The notes beneath the pieces are model-generated. The model ran no database searches. It was not told the DNA's origin and saw only the letters and a program-made list of their open reading frames with translations. From NCBI RefSeq assembly GCF_006345805.1, contig NC_043015.1, forward strand, positions 7,750,001 to 7,814,000: a stretch of 64,000 bases of DNA, written 5' to 3'. Shown piece by piece: positions 1-12,959 of this stretch (the first letter of the stretch is position 1; each line of letters begins with the position of its first letter). The translations under genes and the position numbers were made by a program. The stretch is from Octopus sinensis. Lineage: Eukaryota.

Positions 1-17
1 TGTTATGCTAACATATA

Positions 18-57
<40 letters not shown>

Positions 58-782
58 CATATACACGCAGACATATATTTCTATATGTTTCTGTGTGTGT
101 GTGTATGAATTTCAGAGATTAAGGTCACTTATTAAGTGTCTGTAAAGTTTCTCTGTGAAATGAATTTAGTTTGACATTTATCGAGAGACCAAATATACTA
201 TTTATAAATTAAATATATATTCAGAATTATTATGTCTTCAGATGAGTTGAATATATTTTAGTCTTCTACACTGAAATAGAATGGAAATTAGACACTCACA
301 GTATATATATATATATATACACACTCTATTTCACCTTTGCGCAACCCATCCCACTAGATTCTTTCGATACGTGCAAATCTCTTTCTGTCATATTGTGGCA
401 TATGCATAGTTATTAGTATTTGTTCTCTTGTATATAACCGTAAGGCTTCTATTTACATAATGCTTTATAATTGATGTACTTATAAAATAACTTGTTTGTT
501 TCTGTCTTAGTATGCATTCGCTAACTTTCCCAATAGCTTTATAACAACACTGGCGCCTCCAAAATTGAGGGGTCTCAATGGTAATAACGCAAAACCATTA
601 TGCTATTTTCGTCTTTGCCTAAATTTCCTGTCCGTTAAGTTTTCCACTAGTTTCATGTTTGGTCTGCTTTCCTTAAACATTTTCTCCTTGCGTTCTTTCT
701 GTTTAAACCTTAATACATCTATGTAGCACAACGCACATCCTGTTTGGTTACTTTATATATATTATATATATATATATATTAT

Positions 783-837
<55 letters not shown>

Positions 838-908
838 CATATATATACATATATATATGCACTTTGTGTGGTAGAGTGTTTATGTATATAAAATTTACGT
901 GAATACAC

Positions 909-947
909 CTTTTGATCAATAAATGATGTAGCAGCTTATAGCGGATC
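909..947 (-). other. Candidate 39-nt internal exon (phase 2-2; IRYKLLHHLLIK), unverified
   Basis: Minus strand reads ttctttttactgtgacag|GATCC...AAAAG|gtgtat. One frame is open, and it is phase-compatible with 3962-4081. No homology recognised; could be chance. Confidence 0.12.
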
Positions 948-1636
948 CTGTCACAGTAAAAAAGAACTATGAAACTTTTGTCCGACTGTGTGAAAATAAA
1001 TCTTGAGTGAGGGCAATGAAAGCAGATCCAAGAAATCTTGATATAAATGTGCACGCATGCATGTGCGCTCGTGCAGTTCCGAAGAAAAAAATAGCTATTG
1101 AGACTGAACCTATTATTTGATAATTGTCAAAGAACCGAGAAAATATTGACTAAATATGTACACGTGATTTTGTATAAAGCAATACCTTTTTCATAAAATA
1201 TACATATTCACATGCCTGAACATTGCGTAAGTAGCACATTTATATATATATTTCAAAATCTTATGTAATTTCGAAAACTATATATTTTAAGCTTTTGTTT
1301 AATACATTAAAAAACAAAATCAGGACACTAGCAATCTACTGACGGCAAATTATGTCAACTTTATTTCGATCTAGTAATGCATTATCGCATAGAATCCTTT
1401 TAATTATCTGTAATAAAGTAAACATTTGTATTTCGGTTAAGCTGTCAATTGACGAATAATTGTAACAAAAGGAAGCGCAAAATTTAAACACAAAGGAAGA
1501 CAACATTTCTCGTTTTGGTGCTGTTGTTGCTTTCGCCGATTCGCATGATTCTCTGATGCCACTCACTCCCATAAAAACGAATTTGAATTGCGTACTTCGG
1601 TCATTGTTAATGTTTCATTAACTTTTTACACAACAA

Positions 1637-1794
1637 GAGTGGCTGTCTGGTAAGTAGCTTGCTAACCAACCACATGGTTCAGGCTTCAGTCCCACTGCGT
1701 GGCATCTTGGGCAAGTGTCTTCTGCTATAGCCCCGGGCAGACCAATGCCTTGTGAGTGGATTTGGTAGACGGAAACTGAAAGAAGCCTGTCGTA

Positions 1795-1869
<75 letters not shown>

Positions 1870-2074
1870 TTGTCCCACTAGCATTGCCTGACAACCGATG
1901 TTGGTGTGTTTACGTCCCCGTCACTTAGCGGTTCGGCAAAAGAGACCGATAGAATAAGTACTGGGCTTACAAAGCATAAGTCCCGGGGTCGATTTGCTCG
2001 ACTAAAGGCGGTGCTCCAGCATGGCCGCATTCAAATGACTGAAACAAGTAAAAGAGTAAAAGAGTAAAGAGTAA
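1637..2074 (+). mobile_element. Major octopus tRNA-derived SINE, near full length
   Basis: tRNA-like head (gagtggctgtctggtaag...ggttcaggcttcagtcccact), body gtggatttggtagacggaaactgaaagaagc, internal (TA)n(TG)n tract, 3' part ggcggtgctccagcatggccgc and a (gtaaaaga)n tail. The same blocks recur about 8 times in this window. Confidence 0.92.
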
Positions 2075-3299
2075 CAATGGACGCCACTCCTATAGATGCA
2101 TTGCAGTTACTCTCTTGATAAAGCTTGATGATAGTTGATCTGCTGGGATTCGTCCTATCAGTATCAATGTAAGAAACAGAGTTGGCTCAGTTGAGCTCGT
2201 CCGCTACCTATTCACAACCAGGCCGCAGTGCTGTGACTTCACCATATTCCTATGTTATACCTTCACAAAAGCAACCCGTAATTATGCAGGGCAATCTCGT
2301 GAATCCCTGCGGTATTTTGAAAATACCAGCTACAGAAGTATTAATAACAATTTTCTCCCTGTATAAATAGACAATAGAAATACAAATTTCACCACAATGA
2401 TATTCGATCTGTGAAGCATTTCAAGCTCTAATGCCTCAACTACTCTACCTACTGAATATTCAGGCTTCTAAAGACTAGCATGATTTATAATGGGAAGCAC
2501 TAAGGACAAATATGTGATACGGACAACTTGTACAATTGCCCAAAGTATTTGGGTATCATTTAATTATAACAGAATTAGATCTGTAACAGAATTAGCAACG
2601 CGTTCTCGTTATAAAGTGAAGATTATCTACATAATTTGGAACCATGCCAAAGTGAACCGTAATTAGTTAGTTTGAAGAAGCATACGTTATTGTATAAACA
2701 ATACTTGAAGGCATAGAAATGTTTCGTTTCATGTATTTTATGTACTTCAAGTATTTATATACATTCATGACATTCTATATGCTAGCGGTTTTTGGTGAAT
2801 GTATCAATTAAGATGAAGAACGCCATCTGCTGAAAGCACTGTTTTGTAGAAATGTGTAAGCGAGGATTGTGTATGGATGGGAGAATGTGGGTGAAGGATA
2901 TACGTACATATATATATATAAGTAAGCGTGCAGTGATAATGTGAGGGCGAGAGAGCGAAAGAGCGAGAGCAACAAAGAGAGTGTGAAAGTGTGGGCTTTG
3001 TATAAAGCCGTTGGCATATGTTTTACGTTCGCTCAAACATGTATGTCGGCAAGCATTATAGAATACTAATGCTATTTTAACCTATTTCACAAAGCATTTT
3101 TCTATGTCGATGGATGATGGTTTTGTCATTTTTACTCGTAATTTATCTCTGATCCATTTACAACATGGTCCGTTATTGTGTAAAATCCTAAATGAGAGCA
3201 ATCTAGTTTTATCTACAGTACATAGTTCACAGATACCATACACATCACGCATATTCATACACACGTACGTATTTGCATATGCCTATAAATCCCTAGACA

Positions 3300-3307
3300 T
3301 GTATATG

Positions 3308-3354
<47 letters not shown>

Positions 3355-3431
3355 ATAATATATATACAGAGAGAGAGAGAGAGAGGAGAGAGAGCGAGCG
3401 AGAGAGATACAGATATAGACGTGCATATATG

Positions 3432-3499
<68 letters not shown>

Positions 3500-3545
3500 T
3501 AAACATACATATGTACATAGGCAGGCAGTGTCACACACACATGCA
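3300..3545. repeat. Compound (TA)n/(GA)n/(CA)n microsatellite
   Basis: Directly visible. Representative of dozens of such tracts across the window. Confidence 0.95.
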
Positions 3546-3961
3546 CTAAACTTAAATAAAACGCATAAATATTTTGTGATGGCAAACAGAAGGAAAGAAC
3601 ACAAAATAGATGAATACAGTTTAGATATATATTGGAAAACAGTGAGTGAATTCACCTTATCTGTATAACGTCTCAAGAATCAGACGCGTATGTAACTATT
3701 TGAAATATCTGAATAGCGATAATGTGAATTATGTGCATGGTTCCATTATATATAGGTATATGTATTTCTATTTTCATGAAACCATATGCAGAGTTATGCT
3801 ATCACGTACACATATGTAAATGTTTTCGAACGCATGTACAATATTTTGTGTCAGTTAAATATACAATTGATAGCATAGAATTGTTAATATAAAATCTTTT
3901 ATACCTAACTAGTTTTAAATTAAAGTTTTCAGTTTATTAACTGAATATTTGAACTTGTTAC

Positions 3962-4081
3962 CGTATCACTCTATTGATCAGACTATCAGATGAGTTATAC
4001 ACAGCTGGTCTCATTTTCTTCGCATTTTGGCAGCTTTCGAACGATGTTAGCGCACTGTCTTGGCGAGCAGTCCAAGGTTGC
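3962..4081 (-). CDS. Candidate 120-nt internal exon (phase 2-2; QPWTARQDSALTSFESCQNAKKMRPAVYNSSDSLINRVI), product unknown
   Basis: Locally GC-richer unique sequence flanked by tgcttcaag| and |gtaaca on the minus strand. Length is a multiple of 3 and only one frame is open. No family recognised. Confidence 0.25.
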
Positions 4082-4759
4082 CTTGAAGCATATATGAAAA
4101 TATATTTATTAATGATAATGTTGGATATACGTTGTAAGATCATTGCTCCTGAATTATTACTCCTATTATAAAAATCATACCCATACGGATGCCCTATCCT
4201 TGTAATTCTTAGTAATATTTCCAGTGAAAATGTGACTAGAAGGAGACGTAGTTATCCGTAGACCGAAGGACTCGTTGAAAAGGGTGAATCTTGCAAGCAG
4301 ATTACATAGACAAGATTGTTGTTTTACCGTGATCGTAAAATTACCTAGCATCCAAAAGTAATTTAAATAAATTCGGCATATATCCTCTATAAAATTTCTT
4401 TCACCTATATTTTCTTAACTTGATATTTATGTATAAAGCCTTATTTAGCCTGTCGTGCAATAAGATTCAAACCAAACTGCATGTTTCAGAAGCTATCCTT
4501 TATTCCTGCATTTGTTACAATGTCCAATCGTTCATCCAGAAGAAAACATTGGATACGAATAAGTGAAATGCTTTACGGAATGTTCACTTATCCAATAACA
4601 AGTTCTCTCATTCCGTCGCAACTGCAACAAAAAATGTTGCCACATCAAGCACATCATACGAATGTTACATAATATTTAAACCCCTGACTTAGCAAAATTG
4701 AAATATAAGTCCACGCGCACTTTAAATTATTACATTACCTACATGGATGCAACAAATAT

Positions 4760-4992
4760 CGAAATATTCTGCCATTCTATCACACTTTGAGAAAACATGC
4801 AGTGGATCAGCTTGTTAAAAATTGCAGCCGGATTCTCAAAGGGAATCCGCCATGCATTTTAAAACGGACCGATTCTTTTGATAATGTAGTCTCACCTTAT
4901 ACCTGAAGAACAAAGACAATGTAATCGTGATCAGAGCGTTTTGTACCGTGCATGTGCTCAGTCAGGGCTGACTTGGAGATAAAGATCAGCAC
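4760..4992 (+). mobile_element. Old interspersed-repeat 3' fragment
   Basis: Ends in ...ctcagtcagggctgacttggagataaagatcagc. Related decayed ends occur near 32363-32430 (minus) and 40140-40165. Confidence 0.35.
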
Positions 4993-5148
4993 TAACGCAG
5001 AAAGCAATGAAATTTGTATTGAAAATGTAATAGAATATCTTATTCTGTTGATCACGAATTCATGCTTTCTTGCATGACTTACAAATCAATGAATTGTTAT
5101 GAAAAGTAATTTTCACATTTTCTCAGAACATTCCTAAATAATATATAT

Positions 5149-5197
<49 letters not shown>

Positions 5198-7606
5198 ATC
5201 TGTATCAGACTGCATTAGAAAAGGCACGAATGTCATATTATCCTATTTCAGCCAAACTTTCTCTAAAATATGGACCATTGGTGCCTAGTCATAGAGAAAG
5301 CCAATATCTTTATTGCTTAAAACTAAAAGTTGTAGATATATGATGTGAAAGAAATAGGAATGTGTGAGCTGATATAAAATGAAACGCTATTTATGACTTA
5401 CTAAACAGATTCCAAAGCAAGACAAATACTCTCTTTGCGGATAATTTAACACGGCACAACAGCTCCTTCCATAAGTGCTTCAATAGTATTGTCATGAAAT
5501 CTAGAAGCAGCTTTCTGAATATCTTATCGAATTTAAGAACTGTAGATAATTCAATTTACCACGCAGTTTTAGAAAATTGTTTCTTCATATGTGATTTAAT
5601 ATAATATATGTGTGTATTTAACGAATGTAGCTGAGGGGTATGTGACTGATAATCCGCAAGGGAGTGCGATAATATCAATGAATCTGTCAATATATCAACA
5701 TATATATATATATATATGCTGAGAGAGAGCGAGGGAGAGACAGATAGATATATAAAGGGATGGATAGATAGACAGGTAGATAGACAGATTGCTAAGTAGA
5801 TAGACAGATAGATGCATAGAGATAAATAGATACATTGATATATGCTTAGATATATCAAAAAATTATCGATACATACATAAATTTCTATGAGTACACACGC
5901 ATGTACAGAGAGTGAGAGACTGTAGGAGAAAGATGGCTTGAGTGTGTGTGTGTGTGAGAGAGAGAGAAGGAGAAAGAGTGTGAAAATATATAGAAAATAT
6001 TTAACCAAATTTATGATTCGAAGGACGTAAACAGCATATGTATACAAAACGTTTCTTGTGATAAGAATAACAAATAAGTCCACATGCCTTTATAGTCACT
6101 GATATCAGCGATTTTGTAAGCAGTGGCATGTTTAAAACGGCACAATGGACCATGCCGTTTCAAACAGGGTTCATATATTCACAAACATTTGCTTCTTGTC
6201 TTTGTACACGTGAACATATGTACATAACGATTATATCAATCAGTAGATAGATACCTGCTTGATGCTTTTAAACTTATGTCCGATATCATTAGATGATATA
6301 TATATGTGCATCTTATTAATTGATACATAGCTGGATGTATATATACACAGAAATCCCAGACTGAAGAAGAGCGCTTAGTCAACTGAGGTAACCTCCAGTT
6401 GAACAAGAGTGAGACAATTAGTTTGTAACTATATGCGGGTGAGTTCTGTAGCTGTCTGTGTTGTCACAATTTTGTCTACTTAAGAAGTGTTGCCCTTATA
6501 CTGACTAAATATGTTTCGTGCCTTGAGGGATTCGAGCGCTGGACAACGCAAGAAAACAGAGAGATAGTAACCCAGTTTATAGACAGTGAGCAACCACAGG
6601 AAGGTAGTAACAAAAAGTGAAATTTTGTAATTAAATAGCATAAAATCCGAAGCAAATTCTATAAAGCATATGTATATTGGGAAAGTAATTTCAAAATCAC
6701 TTCAAAGCAAATACAATGTCAAGCTATACATCGAGTGATATTGCACAATCAAAAATAAACACAAACACACTCACTGAAACACACCGTTGCAAATACAAAT
6801 ACATTGTTATTCACGGCTGCTTAAAGCCGGGTGCATATAAACATTTGAACGAGAAAGGAACCATCGGTACACGTATTTAAACATACACACACCCACGACA
6901 CGCAAACACGCAGCACCTCACCCTTTCCCCGAACACACATACCCATCTAAAATACTTTGATTCTGCCATGCAAGATGAGTTCCTCCAGGTTATTTGAGCA
7001 AGTCAGCAAGGTGTAGCACATATTCACATATGATTCTACTAGCTCCATCTGCTGGTGTAAGTCGAACACAGATGGTGCACAATGACATGTGTCCAAATCA
7101 TTATAGCATCTGTTGCAATCCTTGCGATAGCGTATGTCCAGAACTTGAACTATATAAGGTGACCCGTATCGTACGTGCGAATGATGCAGAATAGTGGCGA
7201 GTTTATTCGATATCCCGCTAACAAGTACCAGAGAAAGCTTTGGCTAGTGCGCATATGTACACACACAAACACACACACACGTATACATACGTGTTTGTGT
7301 ATAATTCTATACCTATGTATATATGCTAAAACGTCAGATGTTAGTGTATATTTTTGCTGACATTGTTCCTTGTTTTGGTAATGAAATTTGAATCAGTTCT
7401 ATTTATTTACGTTGTTCTAGGCATTATTCTTGTACATGTGTGATTGAGAATCCTTTAATACATGCAATTCTTCTTCTAGTAGCCGCAGCATATGCCTATA
7501 ATGATGTTCTCACTCCATATATCATAACAAAGAAATGTGTGTTGACATAAGAACAGCCTGTGATAATTGATACTATAACAATATTTAATAACATAATACA
7601 TTTGCA

Positions 7607-7705
7607 AGGTAGCGTGCTGGCAGAATCGCTGGTACCCCCGGCGAAAATACTTAGCTGTATTTCATACGTCTTTACGTTTTTAGTTCAAATTCCACCGGGC
7701 TAAAC
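7607..7705 (+). mobile_element. Nin-domain-like SINE, head fragment
   Basis: aggtagcgtgctggcagaatcg...gcgaaaatacttagctgtatttc...ttacgttttagttcaaattccacc aligns to the head of the copy at 15921. Confidence 0.7.
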
Positions 7706-7794
7706 CGAGCTGCGATACACGCACCGTCATCACGTCATTTATTCTTCTTTACTTTCGCATTTGTTCGATTAAAACGGACTGCTTATTTATAGTG

Positions 7795-8090
7795 AAGCCG
7801 CGTGGTTTATTGGTTCGGGTATTCGACTCACGATCGGTTGTGAGTTCAATTCCAGCTGATGCACTGCGTCCTTGAGCAAGACACTTAATTCCACGTTGCT
7901 CCAGTCTAATCAGCTGGCAAAAAATGAGTAGTACATGTACTTGAAATGTCCTGCCTTGTCACACTGAATCTCCCTGACGACTATGGTACACGTGGCTGTG
8001 AAGTTCTCATCCACATGCACGTAAGTTTCACGAGCAGGCTGTTCCGTTGTAAAAACTGGAACCCACATCGACGTAACCAACGGATGCTGG
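7795..8090 (+). mobile_element. tRNA-derived SINE with CORE/Meta-like central domain
   Basis: A/B-box-like head (cgtggttta...gagttcaattcc) followed by tgcgtccttgagcaagacacttaattccacgttgctccagt...aaatgagt. Similar copies at 35178 (+) and 57770 (-). Confidence 0.75.
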
Positions 8091-8140
8091 TTAGTTATTT
8101 ATTTATAATACACACACACACACACACACACGCATATATA

Positions 8141-8172
<32 letters not shown>

Positions 8173-8398
8173 TTCTAAATATCTCATAGATTTTTATGCA
8201 GTAGTGGTACGATAAAGTAGTTGTATACTGTCAACTTAATGTTCAGTGCCATGAAGAGAATAATACTACTGCTATTTAGCCCTAGGAAGCAGCAACGCTT
8301 CCTATCGGCCTTGACACATTTCCTGGGTCATGTTTGCAAGGGGGAGATAAGCACCTCCACCCATCTAAGCCTACATCCAGAGACCAATTTCTGAGTCT

Positions 8399-8431
<33 letters not shown>

Positions 8432-9263
8432 TGTGTGTGAGAGAGAGAGAGTGTGAGAGAGAGAGAAAGAGAGAGAGAGAGTGAGAGTGATGGAGAAATG
8501 CAAGAATATGAATATTTGTGTGCCTGTGTACGGTTATTTAAACACATATATACGCTTCTCATATACTAAATACTTTTTGCCAAATATATATCGATTACAG
8601 TAAAATTTTCTTTTGCCAATATTTTGATCTTTGATATCTCAGCTTTTAAAGATATGTTATTGTAATGTAAATATGCAATATAAACTATTATATGCAGTCA
8701 GATTTTGCAATAGCATATGATTACCAAAGGCCTTTTGCATAGCGTGTAGTAATGGAATGAACATATGGCAACTGTTTTCAGTTTACAACGGTCTTCTAAA
8801 ATTAACAAATTTGCTTTAAGTAGGTAAGCAGAGCCTCGATTGCATCGTACTAAATGCATATTGTTATTATGTTTCAGATCTTTGATGTTCAGATGTAAAA
8901 TTACACCGAAGAATACGTTGATCTTCATCTTCCTGATGTCGATGAAGAGTAGCATCAGTCGAAAGTGAAAGTAGATTTATACACATACAACATATATAAA
9001 CAGATGTATAGACACACATACAGAGACGTAGACAGAGAAAATGAGAGAGAGTGAAATTGAGAGAATGACTGATTCACACGCACACACACAACCATAGACA
9101 CATTCTTACAGAATGCATAAGAACATGTAATTAATATCTACATAGGCATTATCTGTGTACTTTCTGGACCGAATGAACTAAAATAGAAAAATATGTTAAA
9201 TATATGCTTTTGATAAAGAAATAAGAAAAATATCTCCAAACACATACACACATGCATACATTA

Positions 9264-9323
<60 letters not shown>

Positions 9324-9748
9324 TCTCGCACACATGCGTATATATGCAACCATTTTACTAATCACAAATGCATTGTGATTTTGATTTATTTTAGAACTGC
9401 ATCAGTATTTATCTTTTACATCACGTGAGTTTCTGCCTAAGAGCAGAACCACAGTCCTCAAACTTTTCTTGACCACGTTCTTCTCGTTTAATATCAAATA
9501 TTAAGGGACTAGTATACTTTCTTGCACTAAAGCAGTCTTCAAGGTCCCAGGCTGTGACAGAAGTGTTTCAATATGTTATCTATTCAATAAGACAATCAAA
9601 ACTTTATTTTATTTTACTATATATATTATTTATACTATATATTCTACATTAGTATTATAAAGAATAAAAATAAAACATAAAAAATAGAAAGAGTTGGAAT
9701 TTCTTTGAATAATATATATCCCTCTATACACAATCATACAAAACCCTT

Positions 9749-9781
<33 letters not shown>

Positions 9782-11324
9782 CTGAAATATATGACTCACG
9801 CATTCATTTTACATTTACATGCTTTGTGAATCACAAATATTTCTTGTTTCTAACGGGTGTTATGTTTTCACACCAGCGTCTTCATATGCCTCATATTTCG
9901 AACAGGATTGACAGCTCTATGATATGTCTTATGAATGTTTATAAGAAAAAAGCATTTTTTCTTGAATTCAAAAAAAAAACGTTGTTAAGAATTTACATGA
10001 AGCGAATGCGCCTATATGTGTACGTGAATAGCATAACGTAGCAGAAAGTACTCCACGTCTATAAGATAGAGATATTCTCTGAAACGTTTAGCCTACATAT
10101 AATAATTCTATAGCAACCCATTATTCTCACTTTCATCATACACTTAACGATGGGAAAAAGCATGGAGGAATGTGAGAACAGAATATGAGAAAATATATTT
10201 GAAAACAATTGCATTGAACCGAATTTTTGCGATGTTTTTTTTTATAACAGATATATAAAGAAATATCTACGATTCCCCTAAATGGAAAAGATCCTTTAAA
10301 ATCAATTGCTCTTCTATTATGATATTGCTCCATTATGATATTGTGATATACTTGGTTACTTCATGGAATTTAATCATATTTTATTAGTATATATTTATTC
10401 TGAAATACATCTAGTGTTTCGCATCATGCACATTCATTTCTTTCACTGCACTACTGAGTACAATTTTCACTGTCTCGGGTACATGCAGCATTTTGCTTTC
10501 TTTTCGTATCTTCTAATGCGTTGACTAAATAATATGGATGCACTAACGGTTGACAATATTTTCTTATTGTTGTGCGTGTCTGAGATACCCGAGGTTTTAT
10601 TTATGAATATATTTTGCTCTTTTCTCTTTTTTGCTCATTCACAAGATACCTATTGTTATATGCATAGTTAATATCAGATGTTCTTGGATGCTGGTTATCT
10701 CCACTTTCTTATATTCATATTTGGATAAGTTCATTATTTCGTTCAGTCACATTGTCCTCCATTGTGTCTGATTCTTCGATTATAAAGTAATTTATTTTCT
10801 TCGAGGTCATCGATCAATATCCGGTAGATGCACCTTACAAACGAAAAACAAAATTTGTCCCAAATATCTGGGAAACCCAGCATAAATCAGTTTCGAAACA
10901 AAGAAAGGTATATTAATAACGCTATTAGAGTATGTACAAAAACTTTTCTTCTACATTGTGGAACATTCATCATAGATATATCACAACGAATTTTTTTTTT
11001 ATACCAAATTATTTTCATTTATTGTTCTAAATATATGACTTCTTAATGTGATTATGAATTCAATCATTAATTTCTATAATACACATTAATTAATTAGCTA
11101 GAACTATACATCTAAAGAAGAATAATTTCAAGCCTAATATGTTCCACCTGCTGCTCTGCTAAATATCCATAATATGTTCACAAATAGTACTGCTATGTAT
11201 TTTTCTTGTGTTTCTTATACTGCCTTATGTATTATAGTACTCTTTGTAAATCCTACCATGCTGTAGATTTTCCATTCACCTTTCTACTGATCCCAGGCTT
11301 TTCAGTGTCCTACATACAGTAAAT

Positions 11325-11520
11325 TATATTCTTCTTCTAATACTACAACTACTATTTCTTCTTTTTCTTCTTTATCTTCTTGTGCTTCTTCTTGCGCATC
11401 TTCTTCTTCATCTTGCGCTTCTTCTTCTTCTTGTGCTTGTTCTTCACGTCCTCCTCCTGTTGCACTTTTCTTGTTTATTATTATTATTATCATTATTATT
11501 ATTATTAGTAGCAGCAGCTT
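11325..11520. repeat. Degenerate (TTC)n/(TTA)n trinucleotide repeat
   Basis: Directly visible. Accounts for the Glu-rich and Leu-rich ORFs in the track. Confidence 0.9.
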
Positions 11521-12109
11521 TACATTTATTCTTTCCTTTCAGTGCAACATTCTCTTCGCGATGAAAACGTGAACCACTTTTCATTTCATTTCGTGCACAT
11601 CTATGGTGTTTACTGAATAATATGAGTAGTAGCTAATATCATTATCTTCCCTTGATTCTATACATGTAGGCTTTGTTTGAGAATTTATCTATATTTTTCA
11701 ATCATTCAACACATAGCTATTATTATATTGATAATTTCTGTCATACGTTCTCGTTTACTGATTATCTCGATTTCCAGATAATGTATTTGTATAATTACTG
11801 CATTTTTGTTCAATAGACACGTGCTTCATATTTTTGTTTGAATATAAATACTCTTTTGGATAATCCTTGATAATAACATTCAATGGATTCAACTTAATCT
11901 CGTTTTGTGTCCTGACATATCGTAGAACATGTTCGTACTGACCTTCTCAGGATTAATTTATTGCTCGTGTTTATAAAACAGTATTGTTTTGTATTTAATA
12001 ATGTAGGTATATATCTTAAATTTTAACGTGAAGAAATCCTGAAGTGACAAATGTATACCTACGCACACAAACATGGATACATACATACATGCATACATAC
12101 ATATATATA

Positions 12110-12398
12110 CTCTTTTTTATGTTTCAGTCATTTGACTGTGGCCATGCTGGAGCACCACCTTTAGTTGTGCAAATCGACCCTAGGACTTATTTTGCCGAAC
12201 CGCTAAGTTACGGAGACGTGAACACACCAGCATCGGTTGTGAAGCAATTCGGGGGGAAAAACACAGACACAAAAACATATACACACACATACATATATGT
12301 AATACGTATATACGACGGGCTTCTTTCAGTTTCCGCCTACCAAATCCACTCACAAGGCTTTGGGCGGCCCGAAAATATAGTAGAAGACACTTGACCAA
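12110..12398 (-). mobile_element. Major octopus SINE, 5'-truncated
   Basis: Reverse complement of the body and tail of the 1637 copy (gtttcagtcatttgactgtggccatgctggagcacc ... ccaaatccactcacaaggc). Confidence 0.9.
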
Positions 12399-12425
12399 CA
12401 CATAGACAAACACACACACACATAT

Positions 12426-12760
12426 GGGCAGGCGTGTCTGTGTGTTAAGAAGCTTGCTTCCAAACGACATGGTTCCGAGTTCAGTCCCACCAAGGAGGAG
12501 CTTGGCAAGTCTCTTCTACTACAGCATCGGGCTGACCAAGGATTTGGTAGACGGAAACTGAAAGATGTCTGTCGTATTTATATGTGTATCCGTTTGTGTG
12601 TGTATGTGTGCGAGTTTTTGTCTATGTTTGCCCTCCCCCATGACCGTTCAAAACCGGTGTTGGCATGTTTTTGTACCCGTAACATAGCGTCATCGTACAC
12701 AAATCATTATCTACTGGGGTCGATTCAGTTGACTTTAAAGTGAAAGTTGTTATCTTGTTA

Positions 12761-12809
<49 letters not shown>

Positions 12810-12875
12810 TATATATGCAGAGAAAGAGAGGAGGATGGCCACAATCTAATGACTGAAACGGGAAAAGATAAAAGA
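12426..12875 (+). mobile_element. Major octopus SINE, diverged, tail separated by a (TA)n tract
   Basis: Head at 12426, body gatttggtagacggaaactgaaag, and tail fragment atggccacaatctaatgactgaaac at ~12835-12875. Confidence 0.85.
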
Positions 12876-12921
12876 AACATATATATATACATATATGTAT
12901 GTATATATATATATATATATA

Positions 12922-12959
<38 letters not shown>

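Noticed and set aside
1637-1710. tRNA-like sequences at SINE heads
   Set aside because: No complete cloverleaf; they are SINE promoters, not tRNA genes.
6356-6392. CTGAAGA next to a (TA)n tract
   Set aside because: No GAAA box or closing stems.
8698-8970. Apparent exon pair around a 54-nt intron (+) and an 85-aa ORF (-)
   Set aside because: Very short intron, no recognisable product, and conflicting strands.
11302-11564. Glu-rich and Leu-rich ORFs
   Set aside because: Products of (TTC)n/(TTA)n repeats.
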